From contig CAXXFK010000020.1 of assembly GCA_963663965.2 (NCBI GenBank), forward strand, positions 160,001-224,000: a DNA stretch of 64,000 bases, given 5' to 3'. The notes under the pieces were generated by a model, which saw nothing but the letters and a program-made list of their open reading frames with translations, was not told the origin of the DNA and did not search any database. The translations under genes were made by a program, and so were the position numbers. Of the stretch, positions 8,710 to 17,968 are shown piece after piece. Origin of the DNA: Sedimentisphaerales bacterium. GTDB taxonomy: Bacteria; Planctomycetota; Phycisphaerae; Sedimentisphaerales; SM23-30. Each line of letters begins with the position of its first letter. Position 1 is the first letter of the stretch.

Positions 8710-11700
8710 TCAACTGACCCGGAAAGATTCTTGCGGTTGACAATACTTAAGCAGCACCTTGCGCAATGCCTCCAGTTCGATAGGTTTGCCAAGATAATCA
8801 TCACATCCGGCTTCCAGGCATTTGGTTTTATCATCCTGCATGACATTCGCCGTCAAGGCGATAATCGGGATCCGTATTTTATTTTGACGCAAAGTTTCGG
8901 TTGCATCATAGCCATTCATTTCGGGCATCTGCATATCCATAAAGACCAGATCGTACCCCATCTCCCGGATTCGCTCGACAGCATCACGACCATTGGTAAC
9001 CAGTTCCGGTTCAAGACCAAAACGGGACAGCATTTTTTTAATTAACAATGAATTGGCCGGATTATCTTCCGCGACGAGAATCCGTCCGATCAGTTGAGGA
9101 TAATCCTGCTGTAAACCGGCCGGTTTTTTCTCAACATCAATTTCGGTTTTAGCCTTGGGATCCCCGGTAACCACCGGGTGACAGGGCAAGCTCAAAATAA
9201 AGGTGCTTCCCTGCCCGGTTTGACTGCGTAAAGAAATCGATCCCCCTAATAATTCAGCCAGACGTCGCGTTAAACTCAAGCCCAGACCGGTGCCGCCGAA
9301 GGTGCGCGTGGTACTGGAATCCGCCTGAACAAACGGTTCAAAAATCACCTGTTGCTTTTCCGGATCGATGCCAATTCCGCTATCAGAGACTTCAAACAGC
9401 AACCGATCCCCCTGCGAACCGTCAGTGACATGGCGGACCGTCGCCCGCACGAATCCCTGCCTGGTAAACTTGATCGCATTGCTCACCAGGTTAATCAGAC
9501 ATTGCTGGAGTCGCACCGGATCAGACAGGAACCTGGCAGGACACTGGGGTTCGGCTTGAACCGTAAATTCCAGGCCTTTTTCCCGCGCTTTATGTTTCAG
9601 CATGGCCGTTAATCTGTCAAAGACCTCATGAAGGTCAACCTCCACCATTTCCAGTTCTATGCGATCCGCCTCCACTTTGGAGAAATCCAGAATATCATTA
9701 ATCAACCCGAGTAAATGGTTGCCTGACTCGCGAATGATATCCACATATTCACATTGTTCATCGTTGAGTTTTTCCAGGGCCAGCAATTCTCCAAAACCAA
9801 CAATCGCGTTCATGGGCGTGCGAATTTCATGACTCATATTGGCCAGGAATTGCGTCTTGGCCTGACTGGCGACAACCGCTTCCTGGGCCATGATATTGGC
9901 CCGTTCGATCGCGTTTTCCAGTTGCTCGTTAATGTGCTGGGTTTCCTGTTGACTTTGAACCAGCCGATGTTCGATATTCTTCTGATCGGTGATATCGACC
10001 AGAACTTCCACAATCAGTTCAGGGTCCCCCCGTTCATTCACTTCCGCGATATTGGAGGTGCACAGGAACACCCGTTCGCGCCCGTCAGAGATTTTCAGGA
10101 TTTTTTCGCACGTATGGATCTGGTTGTCGGTCATGGTATCGCAAACCGGACAGGTTTCGCAATTACTTTGACGACCATGATGAAATTCATAGCATCGGGT
10201 CCCGATGCTATCCGGTCCGAACAGTTCAATAAATCGCTCGTTAGCCCATACGACCTGGTAGTTGTGGTCGATCATACAGATTCCGGCAACGATAGCCCCC
10301 AGAATACCGGCGAGTTTATCCTGGGTTTCGCGATATTTCTGCTCAATGGCGATGCGATCGCTGATATCACAAACAATCCCTTCATAATGAGTAATCACGC
10401 CTTCACTATCCCGGCGAACGGTAATGCGGCTCTCGATCCACATGATCCGGCCAATATGATTATAAATCCGGTAGGGTTTATGCGTCAGCGGCGATGACCA
10501 GTCGTGAACATTCAATTGCCGAACGACTTCATCCAGATCATCCGGATGGATCATCCGGTAATACTCCCGCTCGCCATTGATAAATTCCTCCGCCGGACAA
10601 CCCAGTAATTTCAACACATTTTCCGAAACATATTCCGTTGGCCAGCCAACCTCATTACGCCAGATGAAAGCCGTATAGGGGCTATGATCGATAATTTCGT
10701 AAGCCTGCCGCAATTTATCGTCCATGAGTTTTTTCTGGGTAATGTCGCGTAATTGTTCGACAATCAACTCGATCTGACCGTCCTGATTTAACACCGGGAT
10801 CGCCGTTGCTTCAATCCATAATCCGCGTTCGGGTACAAACTTCATAACCGTTTCAGCACGTTTGCTTTTTTTGACTTCGATAGCAGCACAAATATCGCAA
10901 GGCCGGGCCCGACCGATGAGTTCGTAGCATTTGCGGCCTATCACCTCCTGAGCGTTCATATTCAACAATTTATATCCAGCTTGATTATAAGATAATATCG
11001 TATGATCCGGCTTCATAATCGAAAGAACATCCTGAACCCCATCATATATCGTTTGTAAAATTTCCTGATTTTCGTTCAGTTCGACCTGAATTTTTTTCCG
11101 ATGTTCAATTTCTTCCTGTAAACTGGCCGTACGTATCCGAACGGTCCGGCGCATGTGATAGATAAATAATCCAAATACCCCGGCCAGTAATAAAACAAGC
11201 CCTCCCCCCATTACACTGTATTTCAGCCATTGCCGGGGAGTCATACGAAATGGTTCATGAACACCCAGCCACCGGTCAAAAATGGCCTGATATTCCCCGG
11301 ATTGACTGACCAGCGCCAATCCTTCATTCAAGTCATTCTGTAACGCATGATGACCCTCTGTAACGGCAAAACAATAACTTTGGGTCATGATTTCATAATT
11401 CGTTGCATGCAGATTTTTCAAGTTGAGTTTATCGATCCAGTACAATCCCGGCAAGTGGGCCATTAAAGCGCAGTCATATTGGCCACTGTCCAGCCACTGC
11501 ATGACTTCAGCCGGCGATTCAGCGAGAATAACCTGATCCGCCAGCTGGTGTTTCTCCAAATAATCATGCATGATATCGCCGCGAATCACGACGACGTTCA
11601 ATCCCTTCAGCTCGTACAGATCGCGCGGATACGCCTGATTTTCAAGCGTGAAAATCGCATGATGCACTTTGGTGATACTTGCGGAAAAATCGACTACCGA

Positions 11701-12057
11701 GTCCCTTTCCGGAGAATAATACATTCCCGCAACCGCATCGATTTCGCCTTTTTCCAGAGCCTGGCGGATCTCATTCCAGGGCCCCATTCTGAATTCGATT
11801 TTCATACCGAGCTTTCGGGCGATCGCTTGGGTCAAATCAATATTAAACCCCTGCATTTGTCCATGTTCATCTCGCCAGGAATAAGGCGGATAATTATCTT
11901 CCGTTCCAATCACAATATCCTGAGAGATACCCGCCGCCCCCCGGCCCCACACTGTCAGGACCAAAACAATAAACACAATCCGCCTGCCAACGGCTTTTAT
12001 CCAATCCATGGTACTGTCTCTTCTCTCTTTCGGGACATTATTGACTGGCGAATTCAT
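8710..12057 (-). CDS. Hybrid sensor histidine kinase (periplasmic SBP_bac_3 sensor, PAS domains, HisKA, HATPase, receiver)
   Basis: NYPPY SBP motif, FLANMSHEIRTP, NLVSNAIKFT, GGTGLGL, DLVFMDMQMP. Start may be the downstream ATG (MDWIK). Confidence 0.92.
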   Translation of the reverse strand: MNSPVNNVPKERRDSTMDWIKAVGRRIVFIVLVLTVWGRGAAGISQDIVIGTEDNYPPYSWRDEHGQMQGFNIDLTQAIARKLGMKIEFRMGPWNEIRQALEKGEIDAVAGMYYSPERDSVVDFSASITKVHHAIFTLENQAYPRDLYELKGLNVVVIRGDIMHDYLEKHQLADQVILAESPAEVMQWLDSGQYDCALMAHLPGLYWIDKLNLKNLHATNYEIMTQSYCFAVTEGHHALQNDLNEGLALVSQSGEYQAIFDRWLGVHEPFRMTPRQWLKYSVMGGGLVLLLAGVFGLFIYHMRRTVRIRTASLQEEIEHRKKIQVELNENQEILQTIYDGVQDVLSIMKPDHTILSYNQAGYKLLNMNAQEVIGRKCYELIGRARPCDICAAIEVKKSKRAETVMKFVPERGLWIEATAIPVLNQDGQIELIVEQLRDITQKKLMDDKLRQAYEIIDHSPYTAFIWRNEVGWPTEYVSENVLKLLGCPAEEFINGEREYYRMIHPDDLDEVVRQLNVHDWSSPLTHKPYRIYNHIGRIMWIESRITVRRDSEGVITHYEGIVCDISDRIAIEQKYRETQDKLAGILGAIVAGICMIDHNYQVVWANERFIELFGPDSIGTRCYEFHHGRQSNCETCPVCDTMTDNQIHTCEKILKISDGRERVFLCTSNIAEVNERGDPELIVEVLVDITDQKNIEHRLVQSQQETQHINEQLENAIERANIMAQEAVVASQAKTQFLANMSHEIRTPMNAIVGFGELLALEKLNDEQCEYVDIIRESGNHLLGLINDILDFSKVEADRIELEMVEVDLHEVFDRLTAMLKHKAREKGLEFTVQAEPQCPARFLSDPVRLQQCLINLVSNAIKFTRQGFVRATVRHVTDGSQGDRLLFEVSDSGIGIDPEKQQVIFEPFVQADSSTTRTFGGTGLGLSLTRRLAELLGGSISLRSQTGQGSTFILSLPCHPVVTGDPKAKTEIDVEKKPAGLQQDYPQLIGRILVAEDNPANSLLIKKMLSRFGLEPELVTNGRDAVERIREMGYDLVFMDMQMPEMNGYDATETLRQNKIRIPIIALTANVMQDDKTKCLEAGCDDYLGKPIELEALRKVLLKYCQPQESFRVS

Positions 12058-12385
12058 CCAGCTTAACTCTCTAATTTGAATTACCTCATGTTAACATATT
12101 CCTTTTCGACCAGAACCCCGCGTTAATTAGCTAAAAAGAATCCGAACTGTGCCTCATTTACGATTATCACCCACCTAATGATGGTCTGGAAAATCCATTG
12201 AAAAACAAAAATCATAACCATAATGTTAGAAATACTTTAAGCAAATTTTTCTCCAAGAGCCTTCAAACGGTTTCCTGACAGTACTCAATATGCCCGATAA
12301 CTTGCCGCAAAAAACAGGGCGCTTGATTTTTTATCAGACGAATCTATCCTTCACAATTCGATGTTTTGAATTGGCCCCGAACAAT

Positions 12386-12429
12386 AAAAAAAGGCGTTCG
12401 CTAAAACGAAATCTGTTTTAGCAACGCCT
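12386..12429 (-). terminator. Intrinsic terminator downstream of infC
   Basis: Stem AGGCGTT(C)GCTAAAAC / GTTTTAGCAACGCCT with an A-run on + (U-run on - strand). Confidence 0.7.
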
Positions 12430-12437
12430 GAAAAATT

Positions 12438-12543
12438 TTATCCCCAATGGTTATAAAAATTCCCGATCGCTCGCAAGATAAGATTTTACTTGCGTAGAAC
12501 TTATATCACGGCCTAGCGGGCATTTTCAATGGCAAGCAGTATA
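12438..12543 (+). repeat. ~105-bp dispersed intergenic repeat, copy 2
   Basis: TCCCCAATGGTTATAAAAATTCCCGATCGCTCGCAAGATAAG...GGCATTTTCAATGGCAAGCAGTATA. Confidence 0.9.
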
Positions 12544-12555
12544 CTAATAAGCCGG

Positions 12556-13077
12556 TCAGGCCTTATTGTGGACTTGCGGGGCCATCACCATCATCAGTCG
12601 CCTCCCCATGCGTTTGGCCGGTTGTTCGATCTTGCCGATATCGCTTAATTGTTCTGCCAGGGTCTTGAAAGTATCCTCCGCCAAATCCAGATGCATCATT
12701 TCGCGACCGCGAAACATCATGGTAAATTGCACTTTGTTCCCTTTGGTCAGGAACTGGCGCGCCTGTTTCATCTTGAAATCGCGGTCATGCGTATCGGTTT
12801 TTGGACGCAAACGCACTTCTTTCAAGCTGACAATATGTTGTTTGACCTTGGCCTTATGATCCTTTTTCTTCTGATCATATTTCCATTTACCATAGTCCAT
12901 CAGTCGACAGACCGGCGGATCGCTGTTGGGCGAAACCTCCACCAGATCCATACCTACTTCACGAGCTATGTTTAATGCTTCGATCGTTTTGACTATACCG
13001 ACCTGTTTGTTTTCATGATCAATCAGGCGTACCGCCGGTACGCGTACCCGTTCGTTAATGCGCAAATCTTTTGTTAT
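12556..13077 (-). CDS. infC: Translation initiation factor IF-3, likely AUA start
   Basis: RINERVR, DLVEVSPNSDPPVCRLMDYGK, KEVRLRP; AGGAG RBS 7 nt before an in-frame ATA at 13077. Confidence 0.95.
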   Translation of the reverse strand: MTKDLRINERVRVPAVRLIDHENKQVGIVKTIEALNIAREVGMDLVEVSPNSDPPVCRLMDYGKWKYDQKKKDHKAKVKQHIVSLKEVRLRPKTDTHDRDFKMKQARQFLTKGNKVQFTMMFRGREMMHLDLAEDTFKTLAEQLSDIGKIEQPAKRMGRRLMMVMAPQVHNKA

Positions 13078-13136
13078 GGTTTTTCTCCTGAAAAGAGTCT
13101 AACTATTTTAAAAATAACCAGCTACGTACTGGTCTA

Positions 13137-15095
13137 CTAATCGGCATTCATTAATTCCAGCTTGCGCTCGCCGGCATCTGCCACAGCCCGGTTAATAAAT
13201 TCATCCACTTTCATCTGGAGTTGACGCTCTGAACCGCGTACCCGAACTGTTACAGAATCCTGTTCGGCCTCTTTTGGGCCGACCACCAACATGTATGGGA
13301 GCTTCATTTCATGCCCACGTTTGATTTTGGCATTTATCTTATCATCGGCAGCATCGATCGAAGTCCTTAATCCAGCTTGTTTAATCCTCTGGAAAACCTG
13401 AAATCCAAATTCATTGGTTTTTTCACTGATCGGCATCACCCGGGCCTGTTCCGGCGCGAGCCAGAGCGGGAAATTGCCGGCGAAATGCTCGATCAGTATC
13501 CCGAAGAATCGCTCAATACTGCCATAAATCACGCGGTGAATCATGGCCGGGCGTTTTTCGGTGTTATCCTTGGCCACATAACTCAGATCAAATCGTTCCG
13601 GCATGGAGAAATCGAGCTGGATCGTACCGGTCTGCCAGGTTCGGCCCAGGCAATCACGGACGTGAACATCGATTTTCGGGCCATAAAAAGCGCCGTCACC
13701 CGGATTGATCTTAAACTCAACCCCCTGCGATTTAAGCGCGGTCTCTAATGCTGAGGTGGCCTTGTCCCACATCTCATCCGAACCGATACTTTTGGCCGGC
13801 CGGGTGGATAATTCCATCTTGCAGTCGGTCAGCCCAAACACCTGATACGCGTCCCAGATCAGCTTCATAACGCCAACGACTTCATCTTCAATCTGGTCCG
13901 GCAGGCAATAGATATGGGCATCATCCTGCACAAACTGGCGCACCCGCATGAGGCCATGCAAAACACCGCTGGCTTCGTGACGATGAACCAGTCCCAGTTC
14001 GGCCACCCGGATTGGAAACTCGCGATAGGAATGCGGTCGTGATTTAAATACCAGACAGGCGCCCGGACAGTTCATCGGCTTGACCGCGTAATCCACTTCG
14101 TCAATCTGGGTAAAATACATATTTTCACGGTAATTATCCCAGTGGCCCGATTGATGCCAGAGCCGCTCATTGAGGATAATCGGGGTACGAATCTGCTTAT
14201 ATTCCGCTTTGTCATGCAGTTCGTGCCAGTATTTCATCAGTTCGTTCCAGACGACCATGCCATTGGCATGCAGAAACGGGAATCCGGGTCCCTCATCCTG
14301 GAAACTGAACAAATCCATCTGACGGCCAATCAGGCGATGATCGCGCTTTTTGGCTTCTTCCAGCATATGCAGATACTGTTTCAGCTCTTTCCGATCGGCA
14401 AAGGCGGTCCCATAGACGCGCTGAAGCATTTTTTCGCTGGCATCGCCATGGAAATAGGCGCCCGCCACACTCATCACCTTGAAATCACCGATCTGGCCGG
14501 TACGGCAGATATGCGGCCCCATACAGAGATCTTCAAACCGGCCGGCCGCCGGTTCGCCCGTGACATAAAAACTGATACAATTTCCTTTGGCGCGTTTAGC
14601 ATTTTCCAGCTTGTAACGATTGCCTTCCGCTTGCAGTTTGGGCATCGCATCGTCCAACGACATTTCATAGCGGACAAATGGGCGGTCCTCCTGCACGATA
14701 CGGCGCATTTCAACTTCAATCGCTTCGAAATCATCCGGGGTAATCGGTCGATCCAGATCGATATCGTAATAGAATCCATTTTCAACCGTCGGGCCATAAA
14801 CCAGTCTGGCATCAGGAAACAGGTGGCAAATTGCTTCGGCCATGACATGGGCGCAACTATGCCGGATCAGATTCCGCGCGGTGTCCGGGTCGCTTTTGGC
14901 AGTGACGATCTCCAACGCAGTGTCTCGATCAATCATCCGCTGCATATCGGTTAACTGACCATCGAGCCGTACCCCCAAGGCGGCTTTGGCCAGACCGGGA
15001 CTGATCTGTTCGGCCACCTGCAAGGCAGTGACCGGACTGTCGAATTCTAATACTTTACCATCCAGAAGCGTTACTTTAATCATTTCGGCATCCAT
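13137..15095 (-). CDS. thrS: Threonyl-tRNA synthetase
   Basis: TGS domain, HSCAH editing motif, KPMNCP, RVRQFVQDDAH, GAFYGPKID, IHRVIYGSIERF. Confidence 0.98.
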   Translation of the reverse strand: MDAEMIKVTLLDGKVLEFDSPVTALQVAEQISPGLAKAALGVRLDGQLTDMQRMIDRDTALEIVTAKSDPDTARNLIRHSCAHVMAEAICHLFPDARLVYGPTVENGFYYDIDLDRPITPDDFEAIEVEMRRIVQEDRPFVRYEMSLDDAMPKLQAEGNRYKLENAKRAKGNCISFYVTGEPAAGRFEDLCMGPHICRTGQIGDFKVMSVAGAYFHGDASEKMLQRVYGTAFADRKELKQYLHMLEEAKKRDHRLIGRQMDLFSFQDEGPGFPFLHANGMVVWNELMKYWHELHDKAEYKQIRTPIILNERLWHQSGHWDNYRENMYFTQIDEVDYAVKPMNCPGACLVFKSRPHSYREFPIRVAELGLVHRHEASGVLHGLMRVRQFVQDDAHIYCLPDQIEDEVVGVMKLIWDAYQVFGLTDCKMELSTRPAKSIGSDEMWDKATSALETALKSQGVEFKINPGDGAFYGPKIDVHVRDCLGRTWQTGTIQLDFSMPERFDLSYVAKDNTEKRPAMIHRVIYGSIERFFGILIEHFAGNFPLWLAPEQARVMPISEKTNEFGFQVFQRIKQAGLRTSIDAADDKINAKIKRGHEMKLPYMLVVGPKEAEQDSVTVRVRGSERQLQMKVDEFINRAVADAGERKLELMNAD

Positions 15096-15336
15096 AAAAA
15101 AACGGCCTTCCACCCCACTGAAATATTAGCAACAACACCTCCAAGGTGTTATTATACAAGCTACATTTGAATTTCAGTGAAGTTCAAGCCGTTTCCTGAT
15201 TACTTAAGCCAAGGTTTAACAATACATTATAGCAATTCTGCGCAAGAACCGTCTATAATAATATTTTACCCGGAGACCCCTGAGTGTCAAGAAATTATCT
15301 AATTTTTTAAACTCGCTTAACCTCGGCAGGGGTACT

Positions 15337-16629
15337 TCAAATCAAAATTTCCCGTTTTGCCTTATCATACCGGGCTATTTTGCCTGACTGCCAGCCCAGC
15401 ATCGCCATCTGCAAGACCGTTTGTGTTCGAAACGCCAGATCCATCGGACTCCAGGTTTTTCTGGTTCGGGTCCGACAGCAAGCCAGAAAATGCTTCCAGT
15501 ATTCATGCATATATTCGGGACGTTCGATCGCAAATCTCTGGAATGGCTTGGCGCCTTTCACCTGGATCGGGGTAAAAACGATCTCCTTATTACCGGGATC
15601 GATTGTCAGCGTGCCATCCCAGCCTCGAATGACGGGCGACCGGCCTCCGGCGCCGCGGGGAGCAGTGGTCTGGTAATCATTGCCCTGGGTTCCCATCACC
15701 GCAATCGACACCTCTTCGGGATAATGGGCAATCAAACTGAACGTGTCCGGTACTTCACGTAATTCATAAGGATAACGTTGTATCGCGCCGATCCCGGCCA
15801 CACAATCTGGCATGCCCACGCCAAGAATATCGATAACCTGCGTTAAAGAATGGGGATACAAATCGGTGACCGGCCCTCCAGCATAATCCATAAATAATCG
15901 CCACCTAAAAAAACGATCGATACTGAATGGTTTCCTGGGGGCATCACCCAGAAAAGCCTCCCAGTCAAGATTATCACCGGGTCTGGCATCAGGATCATCG
16001 ACCGGCATCCCGCGCTCCCCCCAATCTCCCGTTCGGAAATAACCGGTCTCACCGTAGAGCGGCTGGCCAATCAAACCCTCTTTCACCAGTTGTTTCATCT
16101 GGTGCCAGGCGGAATCGGCCATTCCCTGGGTGCCCAATTGAAAGACCCGGTCACTGGCATTGACCACATCCAGCAACTGACGGGTCAGTTCAAACTGGCT
16201 CCAATGTGTCACCGGTTTTTCACAGTAAACATCTTTTCCGGCTTGAATCGCATCGATCGCCTGGCGGCCATGCAGATGATCACAGGTGGCGATACAGACC
16301 ACATCCACATTTTTATCGGCCAGCAGGGCCTGATGACTGGAATAAGCCCGGGCGCCATATTGCGTTGCCGCCTTTTCCAAACGGGGCTTATAGACATCAC
16401 AAACCGCAATAATCTCAAGCGGTTCGCCCTGGTCTTTCAGGGCCTTGAGTTGTTGAAGGTGAAAACTGCCCCGGCCTCCGGCACCAATGACCCCCACTCC
16501 CAGCATATCTTTACCCGGGGCAGGAGACTCGGCCGCATAGAGTGTCGGGCCTAAGGTTGAGGCCGCGGCCAGCAAACCGCTGGTTTTCAAAAAGTCACGA
16601 CGGGTAGTTGACGGACTGTCGTTATTCAT
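15337..16629 (-). CDS. Tat-exported Gfo/Idh/MocA oxidoreductase
   Basis: TRRDFLK Tat motif, GVIGAGGRG, DVYCEKP. Confidence 0.92.
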   Translation of the reverse strand: MNNDSPSTTRRDFLKTSGLLAAASTLGPTLYAAESPAPGKDMLGVGVIGAGGRGSFHLQQLKALKDQGEPLEIIAVCDVYKPRLEKAATQYGARAYSSHQALLADKNVDVVCIATCDHLHGRQAIDAIQAGKDVYCEKPVTHWSQFELTRQLLDVVNASDRVFQLGTQGMADSAWHQMKQLVKEGLIGQPLYGETGYFRTGDWGERGMPVDDPDARPGDNLDWEAFLGDAPRKPFSIDRFFRWRLFMDYAGGPVTDLYPHSLTQVIDILGVGMPDCVAGIGAIQRYPYELREVPDTFSLIAHYPEEVSIAVMGTQGNDYQTTAPRGAGGRSPVIRGWDGTLTIDPGNKEIVFTPIQVKGAKPFQRFAIERPEYMHEYWKHFLACCRTRTRKTWSPMDLAFRTQTVLQMAMLGWQSGKIARYDKAKREILI

Positions 16630-17578
16630 TTTTGGACTCCTGTTGAGGTAGGTGTTTCAGCCATAAATTATAAGCCTGTTGGATGGATTCGAACTCTATG
16701 ACACCATCCCAGACCGCAACCGCATATGTCAGTCTTAATGACTCATCATCAGTCAATGTAAGTGGCTCTGTATGGTATTTCAGGGTAGCCGAAAGATAGG
16801 CAAATGGTTCCTTCATGGTAAACCAGGTGGCCGCCCGGGGATTGCCAGGACTATCAAACATGGCCACCGTAACCGGATGGTTATCCCCCTGCGCGGTATA
16901 AGCACACCAGCGCCCGGCCATCAAACGTTCCTCACCTCGAAAAATCACCCCCGGATCACCTGCTTCATTAAAAAAGCGGCCTGTTTTATCCATACCCGGC
17001 ACAAACCGCATCCCGACGCCATAATAGTGACTGCCGGAGATTGAGGACTGCTTTTTGCCATCGGGAAGACGCAGGCAGGACGACCAGGTTAGCAGGTTAT
17101 AATCGGCGGCAGATTGAAAACTCAGCGTTCTTTTTTCAGCGAGCATTGGATCCTTGTCAGCCGGTCCAATCCATTTCAGGCTCTCTTCGAAAGCAGCCTG
17201 CGCCTCTTTATCCGACGGCAAAACCCGTATCGGTCCAAGTTGCTGATGGATCTGTTTGCCGGCGTTGTCCAATTCGCTCCAGAACTCTGTCTGATCAATC
17301 GCCAAACCGAACATCAGGCCGCGATGGTGAATATGGTCCGGAGGACTATCCAGCAGAATGTTGACACCCGATGGTGTTGTTAATGTTTTAACATAGGGTT
17401 TGTAGGGCGCATCGCCATAGCGATAGGATAATACCGTACAGCCCGCCGAATCCAGTGACAGGGTATTGGCTTCAACAATCATCCGCATGGTGGAACGCTC
17501 AGGCGGGGCGTCAGAATAACCATGGTTTGATAGCGTTACGCCCAGCAGCATCAAAGCGACAAGATATCTTAGAGTCAT
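16622..17578 (-). CDS. PmoA-family / DUF6807-like secreted protein
   Basis: PPDHIHHRGL, HYYGVGMR, DSPGNP motifs; overlaps the oxidoreductase start; signal peptide from ATG 17578. Confidence 0.7.
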   Translation of the reverse strand: MTLRYLVALMLLGVTLSNHGYSDAPPERSTMRMIVEANTLSLDSAGCTVLSYRYGDAPYKPYVKTLTTPSGVNILLDSPPDHIHHRGLMFGLAIDQTEFWSELDNAGKQIHQQLGPIRVLPSDKEAQAAFEESLKWIGPADKDPMLAEKRTLSFQSAADYNLLTWSSCLRLPDGKKQSSISGSHYYGVGMRFVPGMDKTGRFFNEAGDPGVIFRGEERLMAGRWCAYTAQGDNHPVTVAMFDSPGNPRAATWFTMKEPFAYLSATLKYHTEPLTLTDDESLRLTYAVAVWDGVIEFESIQQAYNLWLKHLPQQESKNE

Positions 17579-17861
17579 TTCGTATCTCCCTGCAGTCAGG
17601 TAATTCCAGAACACAATCTGACCGATAGCAAACCTCTGACATCAATTTTGCCGCTGGACATATCCATGTCAAGATGATTTCGGAAAATAATTTTGGTATC
17701 CGTATCGCATAGCTGACAGCATTGTTGTTTCTTTGTTATCGAGCGACTCACAAAACGTCATCTCGATTCAGCAACCGACTGATAAAACAGCAGTTAATCG
17801 CACCCGGGCCAAGGTCAGACAACGACTGGCCTCCTGACTTCTACTGCGCCGCCAGGTACAT

Positions 17862-17895
17862 AAAAAAACCCCGGAAGAGGTGGGCCTTCCGGGGT
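17862..17895 (-). terminator. Intrinsic terminator after the dockerin-repeat protein
   Basis: CCCCGGAAG / CTTCCGGGG stem with A7 on + (U-tract on -). Confidence 0.8.
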
Positions 17896-17968
17896 CCGAT
17901 TAATGAATAATGCTGGAAGTTGTACGAAATAGAGAAGAAAGTAGAACAGCATTATTCAGGGTTTGCTT

